A DNA stretch of 63,765 bases, filler included, from an uncultured virus (IMG/VR IMGVR_UViG_2049941000_000602) (taxonomy: Duplodnaviria > Heunggongvirae > Uroviricota > Caudoviricetes). It is 12 parts of one record of this genome, joined end to end, with 100 filler letters (N's around TTAATTAATTAA, not from the genome) between each part and the next. Parts side by side here need not be neighbours in the genome. Positions count along the whole stretch, not along the records: positions 26,249 to 43,347 come from IMGVR_UViG_2049941000_000602; positions 43,448 to 43,597 come from IMGVR_UViG_2049941000_000602; positions 43,698 to 56,293 come from IMGVR_UViG_2049941000_000602; 9 more parts are not named here. One strand, given 5' to 3'. The translations under genes were made by a program, and so were the position numbers. Under the pieces are notes generated by a model. It did no database searches. It was given only the letters and a program-made list of their open reading frames with translations, and was not told where the DNA came from. Positions 34,410 to 44,356 of this stretch are shown piece after piece; positions within the stretch are counted from its first letter, which is position 1, and every line of letters starts with the position of its first letter.

Positions 34410-35430
34410 CAGGCGATGCTGCCGTTATAGTTAGATGTATTGAAAATACCGTTATTGTTTAAAGACGCGACATAGTAATAGTTATAGCCAGATTGTGAAA
34501 TTCCTGTTTGTGTCCAATATACTGCAACGCCTTGTGTATCAGTTCCATAATGCATCCAGGAATTACTCCATCCACTTCCGGGATAATCCCAATTGCCACT
34601 CGGGTCACCATGAAAACCAAATTCATCGGTACCGTTATTACTAGACCACCCGGAAACGGCTTTCAATTTATATCCGGCCGATGAACTAGAGCCAGCAACT
34701 GCGCCAAGGGCAATGAAGTCATCCCTGGTAGGTATACGCCAGCCAAACGGAAGCCAATTGGATGTACTAGAAAGCAAATCATTCAACGCGGCCATGTTAT
34801 ACATATATCCCCATTCCGGATGCGATGAATAAAGATACTGGCCAGCAGATGGCGTGCTGCCGGTACTATATCCAGTACCATATCCAGCTGGTGCGTAAGC
34901 CAAGTTTGAAGTCATCCAAATCAGGTCACCAATCTGTATTGCATTATAAAGTTTCCCGCCAACTTCTACGCCGTCAGGGAAAGTAAATTCTACAAAGTCA
35001 TCTTCCGATTCACCGTCCCACTGAACATTGCGTGTCCCGCTGTTGCTCATGATTGACAGCACGGCACCGTTCACGTGCCCTTCCGGGTTCGGAAGCTGCC
35101 TCGTGTTGTTCCAGTTGTACTTCTCCCCGGTGGTTACCAGTGACAGGTCTGTACCGCCGTCGGCGGCGTTCTTGCTGGTAAGCGAGGCCGCGGCCACGCC
35201 GGAATTCACCAGGTCCCCGCTGGAATTCAGCGCCGGTATGTTCCCCTCGGCGTTGGCCACTTTGTGGGTGAAATTTGACACGTCCACCGACGTTGTGCCT
35301 ATCACGTCCCACGTATTGTCCGAGGTGTAAATCCACTCGGTGTACGGGTCGGTTTCGGTGCTCCCCGGGTCCTTGTACAGGTAGATGAACCGCTCGGAAG
35401 GGTCCTGCACGTTGGGATGGCCGTCCACTA
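34410..35430 (-). CDS. Fibre protein with alternative Fib_succ_major head (partial)
   Basis: YNAIQIGDLIWMTSNLAY, WGYMYN, PFGWRIPT, AGYKLKAVSGW, GTDEFGF, YWT. Confidence 0.85.
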
Positions 35431-36153
35431 NNNNNNNNNNNNNNNNNNNNNNNNNNNNNNNNNNNNNNNNNNNNNNNNNNNNNNNNNNNNNNNNNNNNNN
35501 NNNNNNNNNNNNNNNNNNNNNNNNNNNNNNNNNNNNNNNNNNNNNNNNNNNNNNNNNNNNNNNNNNNNNNNNNNNNNNNNNNNNNNNNNNNNNNNNNNNN
35601 NNNNNNNNNNNNNNNNNNNNNNNNNNNNNNNNNNNNNNNNNNNNNNNNNNNNNNNNNNNNNNNNNNNNNNNNNNNNNNNNNNNNNNNNNNNNNNNNNNNN
35701 NNNNNNNNNNNNNNNNNNNNNNNNNNNNNNNNNNNNNNNNNNNNNNNNNNNNNNNNNNNNNNNNNNNNNNNNNNNNNNNNNNNNNNNNNNNNNNNNNNNN
35801 NNNNNNNNNNNNNNNNNNNNNNNNNNNNNNNNNNNNNNNNNNNNNNNNNNNNNNNNNNNNNNNNNNNNNNNNNNNNNNNNNNNNNNNNNNNNNNNNNNNN
35901 NNNNNNNNNNNNNNNNNNNNNNNNNNNNNNNNNNNNNNNNNNNNNNNNNNNNNNNNNNNNNNNNNNNNNNNNNNNNNNNNNNNNNNNNNNNNNNNNNNNN
36001 NNNNNNNNNNNNNNNNNNNNNNNNNNNNNNNNNNNNNNNNNNNNNNNNNNNNNNNNNNNNNNNNNNNNNNNNNNNNNNNNNNNNNNNNNNNNNNNNNNNN
36101 NNNNNNNNNNNNNNNNNNNNNNNNNNNNNNNNNNNNNNNNNNNNNNNNNNNNN

Positions 36154-37031
36154 TACCGGTAATTCGCACTCTGTTGGGAGCCGTGCAATACGTACATCAA
36201 ATTCCCGTTGGTATAATAGTACGATTCCTTGTTCACCAAGTCATCCACAACCGCTATGTGAGCAATCTTGTGACGGATATTGGTACCCATACGTAAATAT
36301 CCGGGCGAATAAGTGGTGTTGATACCGGAACCATTATACAAGTCATATCTATCGCACGAGCCTAAATACGGGCCAGATATAGGAAACTCGTAATACGTGA
36401 ACATAGGGTCTATCACTATCTGGGGACCACAGCCCAACGTTATGCCGCTACTGAAATCATAACGGTCTCCAGTTGCATATACCCACAGTTCGGAACTTAG
36501 AAAATCGATTCCTTCCGGAACAGGCTTGTTCACACAAGCTGGGCCACCGGTACCCGTACCGTATACGTCATATATGGCCGGATATGTCAAGCNNNNNNNN
36601 NNACTGGGCGTGTAGGATTGTGCGCCGCTCATGCTATATGCTTCGCCCACCAGCGGAGTATCTATTTTAGTCGTATTGTTGAAATTGTTGAAGTAGGTAA
36701 GGAACAGCAAGCTCACGGGGATGTCCATTTCCTCGGACTCCCATGCATCCCACGCCATCGCGTTCTGGGAGATACCGTAGGAGAGCATGGTGCCCTCCGC
36801 GCCGGGCGTGGGGGACTTGAGTATACCGTCTATGGCAGTCTTGGCCGCACCCGGGGTGAGCTCGGTGTCGGTCGAGTCGGACACGGCGTTCTCCAGCTGG
36901 TGAATCTCGGTTTTCCTGGCATAAGCCTCGTCGATGATGACGCCGTCACGGTCGCGCTCGGTGCGCTTGGCATAGAGCCCGTGGCCGTTGAAGCCTTTCC
37001 AGAGTTGATTGTCGTTTTCCGGTATTGACAT
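36154..37031 (-). CDS. Adaptor-plus-LamG-like head protein (3' truncated)
   Basis: MSIPENDNQLWKGFNGHGLYAKR adaptor; SELWVY, AHIAVV....YYYTNG. Confidence 0.75.
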
Positions 37032-37035
37032 ATTG

Positions 37036-37981
37036 CTACTCCGTCGGTTCGTATATTAGGCGCAGTGAAGTTTTATCGCTCATATTCAAATCGCCACTCT
37101 TTCGCGCGCTGTCCGAATTGTATGCAAAATATACGCATTCGTAATTGTACGACCCAAAGCTTACTGGCGTTCCAATATATGCGTGTGTCCCGATACCCCA
37201 CTGTGAAGTAAAGTATTCGCCAGCGGGTACTGCTCCGAAATTNNNNNNNNNNNNNNNNNNNNNNNNNNNNNNNNNNNNNNNNNNNNNNNNNNNNNNNTCC
37301 GTTTCCATCGTTATTCCATCCTGACGTACTTTTCAGTTTCTTGCCGGCAATCGACGCACCTCCGCACGTATTGAACAATGCTGTGTAATCTGTATAAGTA
37401 GCCACTCGCCATCCTGTTGGCAATAGGGTGCGCTTGTTGTCATCCAGGTATTTCGCGGCAAAATAGTTATATAAAAGGCCATACTTGTTACCATGCTGTC
37501 CGTAAGTAGTTTCGTCCAGTTCAGGGTAACATGCGCGGGGGCTGGCTGTATAGCCACCAGTGTCCAGTCTAAGGCCGTCCCACTGGTAATCCAGGTTGCG
37601 GCCTAGCCAGTATTGGTTTCCGATATGGAGTACCGGGTACTGTACTCCTCCTATGGTGACCATGGTATCCGGTACATCTATTTCCTCGGAATCCCATCCG
37701 GTCCACCCCAGTGCCGACTGTGTTCCCACGCAGAGGGTAGACGGCTGGTTCGCCGTGTCTGGAATCCTCACTATCGAGTTGATGGCCGTATTGACGGCGT
37801 TCGGTGTGACAGCCGTGGTCGTCGACTCGGTGAGGCCGTCGGTCAGCGCCGGGACTTCCGACTGCTTGGCGTAAGTAGTCACGATGTCTTCGCCGTTGCG
37901 GTCTTTCTCAGCACGCTTGGCGTACAGTCCGTGACCGTTGAATCCTTTCCAGAGTTGGGTGTCATTTGATGGAATCGTCAT
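37036..37981 (-). CDS. Adaptor-plus-Fib_succ_major protein
   Basis: MTIPSNDTQLWKGFNGHGLYAKR adaptor; IGNQYWLGRNLDY, YGLLYN, PTGWRV, AGKKLKSTSGW, SLRLI. Confidence 0.88.
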
Positions 37982-37995
37982 ATGTCCCTCTAGTA

Positions 37996-39042
37996 TCAGT
38001 CGATATAGAACTTGTTCGGCAATTCGAACGATTCAGCATCATTATATTTCGGATAGTCCCATACAGCCAACTGGGCGACATCATAATAGCCTAGCTTCTG
38101 TCTATAATTGCTATCGTTCATGTAGTTATACATCCATATCGTATATGCATCCTCATAACTATTCGCATGCAACCAATCAGTTAACGAGTGCGAGGAAGGA
38201 TATACCCTATTGCCGTCAATGTATACTTGAACCCGGTCATAGTTTGCCCCAATGCTGCCAGAATGTGTAACGGTATATGCAACATGATGCCATGCCGAAT
38301 CCCAGGATGGCGAAATAATATCGCCGCTTCCATTGATAACCAGTTGACCCCATGCCCATCCACCGGTAGAATATCCATATAGACATGCGTTCGAATTAGA
38401 TATCATCAGTTTACATGAATTTGGACCTAGTCCAGCAGTATCACGTACCCATGCGCTGGATTCCGATGTTCGTATATAATATTCAACAGTAAACCCAGTT
38501 GACGAATCAACTATATCGGCCAGGCTATATGCTGTAGATGACACCAAGCTGCCAGTATCATTAAAGCGAGCGTATGGAACTGCGTTCCCAAATGTTGAAC
38601 TTTGCTGAATATTGAAATCGGTAGGCAAGCCAGTTTCAACGGATGTAAATACTGATGCGTCTGCCGACTTTCCAAGACGGTAGCCATCTTGGAAATAGTC
38701 CAATATGACGCAATGTTTTGGGAGAATTTCAGGAACATCAATTTCCTCGGTTTCCCAGCCTCCCCAAGCCAAGCTTCCTTGACTTTCCGAGTACAGCGAC
38801 GAGGGAGTCTGCGGGAGCGTCGGTATGACATCCACTTCCGCGATGGCGTCCTTCACAGCCTTCGGCGTGATTGCCGTCGTGGTCGACGTGGACAGTGCGT
38901 TGTCCAGGTCCGGGACGTCGGCCTTCTTGGCATACGTCTGGTCGATTACGTTGCCGTCGACGTCACGCTCCGCCCTCTTCGAGTAGAGTCCGTGGCCGTT
39001 GAAGCCCTTCCATAGCCGGGTATCGTTTTCAGGAATCGACAT
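37996..39042 (-). CDS. Adaptor-plus-LamG/concanavalin-like head protein
   Basis: MSIPENDTRLWKGFNGHGLYSKR adaptor; FTVEYY, WHHVAYT, QVYIDG, AQLAVWDY. Confidence 0.85.
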   Translation of the reverse strand: MSIPENDTRLWKGFNGHGLYSKRAERDVDGNVIDQTYAKKADVPDLDNALSTSTTTAITPKAVKDAIAEVDVIPTLPQTPSSLYSESQGSLAWGGWETEEIDVPEILPKHCVILDYFQDGYRLGKSADASVFTSVETGLPTDFNIQQSSTFGNAVPYARFNDTGSLVSSTAYSLADIVDSSTGFTVEYYIRTSESSAWVRDTAGLGPNSCKLMISNSNACLYGYSTGGWAWGQLVINGSGDIISPSWDSAWHHVAYTVTHSGSIGANYDRVQVYIDGNRVYPSSHSLTDWLHANSYEDAYTIWMYNYMNDSNYRQKLGYYDVAQLAVWDYPKYNDAESFELPNKFYID

Positions 39043-39045
39043 CGA

Positions 39046-40548
39046 CTATTCTCCTGCCGGCAAGGTACCCTTGACTAGACGGACAGCACAGCCGAATTGC
39101 TTGCTGAAATGGCTCATCGCTCCCGTATTATCGCCATAAATTACTCCATACCACTGTTCGCTTCCCGCACTCGCAGTTTCAGAACACCAGTAGTATGCAT
39201 TATTATAATCGTATGAATTNNNNNNNNNNACCATATGTAGTTTCATCACCCCCGCGATAAGTAGCGCAGGCCTTGTTTGAGCTAGTCGTCGTAGTTATGG
39301 TTAATTCGTTCCACTTGTAGTCGAGGTTCTCAGTCATCCATTCCAGGTTACCAATCTTCACGAATCCGTATTCTCGGCCGCCTATCGAAATAGTCTTCGG
39401 TCCGAAATCCTCGATTTCCCATGTCACCGGCGCCCATGTAGCCCCGTCCGCACTGAACAGCATCTGGTTGGCCGCCACCGGGTCGGGCACGGCCTTCGGG
39501 ATGGAGATGTTGACGTTCTTGTTGACGATGGTGGTCGGCGTGTCATTGACCGTGATGCTCTCGATTCGGTTAGCCTGCGCCCCGTTCTCGATACCCCCCA
39601 GCTTCGACAAGGCGGCCGACACGTCGNNNNNNNNNNTTGACGGCACCGCATGGAATCCTGTGGTATCGGTACACGGTATATTCCAGGCATCCCACCTGTT
39701 GCCGGTTGCGCGCAGGCTCTGTATGTCGCCGCTGTACGTCGTATATATGCCATATGAGGGCGTTGCCGTACATCCTATAGACACAAACAAGTCATTAAAA
39801 TCCGCCATGTTTGGCACACGCCACCCGGCCGGTGCAATAGTGGCGATATTGGTATCTATGTATCTGACTGCGGTACCATTGTACAGCAAGTTCCACTTAT
39901 ATCCGGTCGGCCCATATGTATTTTTGTCTTCTTTATAATAAGTAGCGCAGGCACTAGACGAGCTACTCGTCGAGGTTATGCTTAATTCGTCCCACGTGTA
40001 GTCGAGGTTCTCAGTCATCCATTCCAGGTTACCAATCTTCACAAATCCGTATTCTCGGTCGCCTATCGAAATAGTCTTCGGTCCGAAATCCTCGATTTCC
40101 CATGTCACCGGCGCCCATGTAGCCCCGTCCGCGCTGAACAGCATCTGGTTCTGTGCGGAAGGGTCCGGCACCGCCTTGGGGATGACGATGTTCACGTTCT
40201 TGTTGACAGGCGTGACGGCTACGTTGTTTACCGAGATGCTCTCGATTTTGTTGACCTGTGCGCCTTTGGCAATTCCGCTCAGCTTGTACTGGTCGTCATA
40301 CGTATAGAACGGACACCTGAGGTCATCTTCTTTCGTCCAGTGTTCGTTTCCGCTTGACGTATACTTAATTATTGTGTAAGTGATTGAGTTGTACTCCACA
40401 TACTCCGGTTCAGTATAAATAGTCGGTTCGGTATTAAGGAAAGTGGCACTGATATTACCGGCCTCGTCCATAAAATACGAATGAAGCCAATACATCGTAT
40501 TCTCTTTCTCGTAATACTGCGGACTGGCCGGAGTAATGTACCGCAAAC
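39046..40548 (-). CDS. Fibre protein with Fib_succ_major head (two allelic versions interleaved across gaps)
   Basis: KLSGI..GAQ.N.IESI shaft, YGFVKIGNLEWMTENLDY seen twice, AYYW, CAVRLVK; further allele at 43448..43597. Confidence 0.8.
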
Positions 40549-40558
40549 NNNNNNNNNN

Positions 40559-41190
40559 CACTCGCCCTCGGGGTCCCCGGGTTCCCAAATCCATTCCTTG
40601 TAGTGGTCCGGGTCGGGTGTCCCGGGAATCTCGGTCAGGTAGATGTAGTTCGGGGAGCGGTCGGCCATCGGCACGTCCGGCTTCCCGTCCTGCCCCCTGT
40701 CGGCCACCTTGTATCCGCCGACATGCCTGAGAGCCTCCTTGACTGCAGCCGGGGTAATTGCCGCATTTACGTCAGCCGATTCGATATCTGAAGTGAGTTT
40801 AACTACGCCCTTCATGGACATGTCGGCATTCGGGATATTTACCGCTTTTCCAGTCGGAGTCAACGGCTCGCCGCCAACGGTTATGGTTTCGATGACGTTG
40901 GCCTGTGCTCCCTCGGCAATGCCGGAAAGCTTAGCCTGCTCTTCGGTGGTATAGGCCGCGGTGGTCGCGTCGAGGATGTCCTTGTTCTCGTGGGTATGGT
41001 CGTCCCGCACCGCGCTTTCCAGCTCGGCCGCGGAAACCCCGGCGTCCTCCAGGGAACCGTCCTCGGTGAACTTGCCCATGTTGCCTTTTGCGCCGGGCAC
41101 TTTCGGGATGCGGGCGTCGATATGTTCCTCGACCCTCTTGTAGAGTTCCTGCGCTCCCGCCTTGCCTACATATACTTTCTCGCTAGCCAT
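40559..41190 (-). CDS. Fibre protein N-terminal part
   Basis: YVGKAGAQELY, HTHENKDILD, YTTEEQAKLSGIAEGAQANVIE, KGVVKL, DGKPDV...YIYL...HYKEWIW. Confidence 0.8.
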
Positions 41191-41956
41191 TGTCAACCTC
41201 GTCGAGCCATGCTCTCATTTCCGCCGCGCTGCATTCCCTGGTGTTGTCCACGTCGGCCCAGGTGCCGTCCCCCTTGAGGAACTTGTCGTGGTCCGTCTTC
41301 TTCGGGGCGGGTACGAATCCCATCCTTCCTGCCACCGTGACCGTGGCCCCCTTGAACACGCCCGGCTTGTTTTTGATGTAGTCGGACTTGGTGTCGTCAT
41401 CCTGTGCCCAGTCGGACTGTTCCTGCTTCGGTATTACTATCGGTGCCCAGGTTCCGTCGCCGCGGAGGAACCTGTTGCGCTCGTACTTTGCCGGGGCGGG
41501 CACCGTGCCGGGCTTGCCGTCCTCTGTCGACGTGGCACCGACGAAGTCGTACACTCCCAGGGGATTCCCGGGTGTGCCGTCGCCGTACAGCACGTCCTCC
41601 GACGCCTCGTCAATCTTCACCGGCCACTGCACGGAGTTGACCGTGTAGGTCGCCAGCGTGTTGTCGGAGGTCACTTCCTTGGTTACCGTGATGTGCTCGC
41701 CGGCCACCACCTCGACTTCCGGGGCGTGCCTGTAGATTTTCGGGGGGCATCCCCATGCCGGCTGCGGCTCGGGAGGACCCGGGGGAGGAGGCGGCGGGAA
41801 TGCCGGTACGAACGGGCCGCAGCAGCCTGCCCGGTGCATCGGCACGTAGCCTGGAACCATGTTCACGAACGGGTCCGGGTATGTCCTGGACGGGATGTAT
41901 TCGACCGGCCCTTTCTTGGGCGGCGGCGGGGGCGGCATGCAGTCACAGTGTCTCAT
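41183..41956 (-). CDS. Fibre-associated protein with Pro/Cys-rich N-terminus
   Basis: MRHCDCMPPPPPP..; L.GDGT..NPL, two G.VPAP....FL.GDGTW repeats, QSDWAQ.D.....YIKNKP; ATG 7 nt after ATAAACT. Confidence 0.75.
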   Translation of the reverse strand: MRHCDCMPPPPPPKKGPVEYIPSRTYPDPFVNMVPGYVPMHRAGCCGPFVPAFPPPPPPGPPEPQPAWGCPPKIYRHAPEVEVVAGEHITVTKEVTSDNTLATYTVNSVQWPVKIDEASEDVLYGDGTPGNPLGVYDFVGATSTEDGKPGTVPAPAKYERNRFLRGDGTWAPIVIPKQEQSDWAQDDDTKSDYIKNKPGVFKGATVTVAGRMGFVPAPKKTDHDKFLKGDGTWADVDNTRECSAAEMRAWLDEVDNG

Positions 41957-42037
41957 GTCAGACAGTTTATGTCGAATAGGTACAAAAAACGACACCGGGG
42001 AGACCCCGGTGCCGAAATAATGTTGTTGCGGATTTGG

Positions 42038-42670
42038 CTATTCCATGCCCTCGCTGAACACGATTCCGTTCCCGTCCTCGGTGTCGTCCTCGGACACGGT
42101 GAGCATGTTTTCCTTTATACGGCGTACCTCGGCCAGCTGTGCGGAAAGCTCGCGCTCGATACGGGCGAGACGCTTCATCTCCTCTTCCGGCGTGTGCGAC
42201 GACACCGTGTAGGTCTTGTTGCCGGTACTGGAGTCGACCGACATCGACACGTCGACGTTGTCGCCGGCCTCGACGCTGATTTCCCTCTTTGCGAGCCAGT
42301 ACACGTACGGGTGCGGGGCTGTGCGGAGGCCGTCGTAGTCCATCGGGCTCCTCTTGTCCGCTTCCGCCGGGCGTTCCGGCAGTGNNNNNNNNNNNNNNNN
42401 NNNNNNNNNNNNNNNNNNNNNNNNNNNNNNNNNNNNNNNNNNNNNNNNNNNNNNNNNNNNNNNNNNNNNNNNNNNNNNNNNNNNNNNNNNNNNNNNNNNN
42501 NNNNNNNNNNNNNNNNNNNNNNNNNNNNNNNNNNNNNNNNNNNNNNNNNNNNNNNNNNNNNNNNNNNNNNNNNNNNNNNNNNNNNNNNNNNACACGGACA
42601 TCCAGTGGTTGCCCGGCACGACGGCGCTCCTGTATTCAGGCGTTACCTTGTCGAACGGTGTCCTCGGCAT
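42038..42670 (-). CDS. Hypothetical structural protein (gapped)
   Basis: V.AGDNV.V...Y.VSS fibre-like motif; TAATG coupling to upstream gene; hairpin plus T tract at 41985..42014. Confidence 0.55.
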   Translation of the reverse strand: MPRTPFDKVTPEYRSAVVPGNHWMSVXXXXXXXXXXXXXXXXXXXXXXXXXXXXXXXXXXXXXXXXXXXXXXXXXXXXXXXXXXXXXXXXXXXXXXLPERPAEADKRSPMDYDGLRTAPHPYVYWLAKREISVEAGDNVDVSMSVDSSTGNKTYTVSSHTPEEEMKRLARIERELSAQLAEVRRIKENMLTVSEDDTEDGNGIVFSEGME

Positions 42671-43110
42671 TACTTACCCCTTGAAACTTTCCTTGTCTTC
42701 TTAATGGGCTTTCCCGGCATCTCCAGAATCTTCTCGTGGAGCTCGTGGACGTAGCAGTTGCCGCCAAGGGCGCTGTACACCTGGTACATCTCGATGAAGT
42801 CCTTCCGGTCGTACTCCTCGACGTATCCCTTGGCGATGGACTCGTTGTATATGTCGGTGAGGTCCTTCCTCAATGTGGCGATGAGTGCGGCCTTTTCCAG
42901 CGCATGGTCCTCGCCGTACGAATCCAGCTGCTTGGACATCTTGTCCACGTACTTTTCCAACTTCTCGTACCGGCTCTGGTGGCTTAGCTTTTCCATCAGC
43001 CACTTGTTGAGCGGCTTGACAATCGCTGCAATGAGGGCGAAGAGTCCCGTAATCGCGACCAAAAAGGAGGAAAACAGCTGGATATGCGATGTCAATTGTG
43101 CGAGGTCCAT
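42670..43110 (-). CDS. Phage membrane protein, holin-like family
   Basis: N-terminal TM helix, coiled segment, LR..L...Y.....KGY......F..MY..Y.ALGGN...H.L..K...P motif; late promoter at 43143..43150. Confidence 0.6.
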   Translation of the reverse strand: MDLAQLTSHIQLFSSFLVAITGLFALIAAIVKPLNKWLMEKLSHQSRYEKLEKYVDKMSKQLDSYGEDHALEKAALIATLRKDLTDIYNESIAKGYVEEYDRKDFIEMYQVYSALGGNCYVHELHEKILEMPGKPIKKTRKVSRGK

Positions 43111-43697
43111 TTTCTCGAAAGCCCTGAAGTTCTATGCATTGCAGTTTATACCGAAAGAGCCGGCGCGTGTACCGGCCGGCTCCTTATTTAAACGGTATTT
43201 CTTTATGTCGCGGTCTTCCTGCGGCGCCACTCGTCGGCGAACCGCTCGNNNNNNNNNNTGTGAGTTTAACTACGCCCTTCATGGACATGTCGGCATCCGG
43301 GATATTTACCGCTTTTCCAGTCGGAGTCAACGGCTCGCCGCCAACGGNNNNNNNNNNNNNNNNNNNNNNNNNNNNNNNNNNNNNNNNNNNNTTAATTAAT
43401 TAANNNNNNNNNNNNNNNNNNNNNNNNNNNNNNNNNNNNNNNNNNNNACCCCGGTCTGTGCAGTTTCATTGCTGTTAATCATACAATACCATTGGTCGCT
43501 TCCCGCATTCGCAGTTTCCGAACCCCAATAATATGCATTTGCATAATCAATGAACGGCTGAACCGTTTTCCACCTGGTTGACGGCACCGCATGGAATNNN
43601 NNNNNNNNNNNNNNNNNNNNNNNNNNNNNNNNNNNNNNNNNTTAATTAATTAANNNNNNNNNNNNNNNNNNNNNNNNNNNNNNNNNNNNNNNNNNNN

Positions 43698-44346
43698 GTC
43701 GGTGCATCCAGTGATGTAGGCCTTGCGGACGTCCGCGGCCATCTTTGGCGTTGGCCTTTCCGGGGCTTCCGGGTATTCCGTCTCGTCGAACCGGTGGGCC
43801 CTAGCGATGAGCATCTGGTTCTCCCGGAGGAACTTGGCCCACGGGTAGTAGCCGTGCCTGCGGATGAAGTTGGCGATTCCGGCCATTGCCTCCCTGAACG
43901 CGCCGAGGTTGTCCTCGCGGGCCTCGAATATCGGGGGGAGTTCCACTGTTACCGTCTCGCTCTCGTCGAAGTCCGTCATGATTCCCTCAACCAGGACGCG
44001 GTTGTCGCCGCTGAAGAACTTCTGCAGGCACTCGTGCATGTTCCTGCGGCGTGCGTCGTCCCTGGCGAGCGGGTTCACCCGCATCTTGTCCAGCACCTTG
44101 CCGAGCTCGATTGCCTTCTTGAACTGTTCCGAGCCGACGATTTCGTTGAAGTCCTTGATTCCGTAGTTCGACAGGTAGTACTGCACGAGCTCGCAGTTCT
44201 GGTAGAACCTGTTGAGGTCCCTGTCCCAGCAGTCCGGCTCGAAAATCATCGCCTTCCTGACGGTGGCGTAGTCGAACGTGGGCTTCTTCGGGGGTTCCTG
44301 GATTTTGGCCATGTCGTGCGAGGTGGCCCGCTTGGCCTTGTCGATT
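43698..44346 (-). CDS. Hypothetical putative virion protein (C-terminal part; allele at 46069..46208)
   Basis: Open frame over 200 aa; near-identical ending FLRENQMLIARAHRFD..AYITGCT seen twice. Confidence 0.55.
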
Positions 44347-44356
44347 NNNNNNNNNN

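Noticed and set aside
31002..37031. Very long ORFs and apparent domain fusions in the ORF track (also 9337..10305, 14747..17566, 41162..42754)
   Set aside because: They run through N gaps and join unrelated fragments or are antisense shadows of GC3-rich genes
39046..43597. Possible DGR template/variable repeat pair among Fib_succ_major C-termini (39046..39218 vs 43448..43597)
   Set aside because: Differences include synonymous non-adenine changes (TAC/TAT, TCT/TCG) and T/G swaps, so they are not adenine-specific; no reverse transcriptase or Avd in the window. A DGR elsewhere in the genome is not excluded
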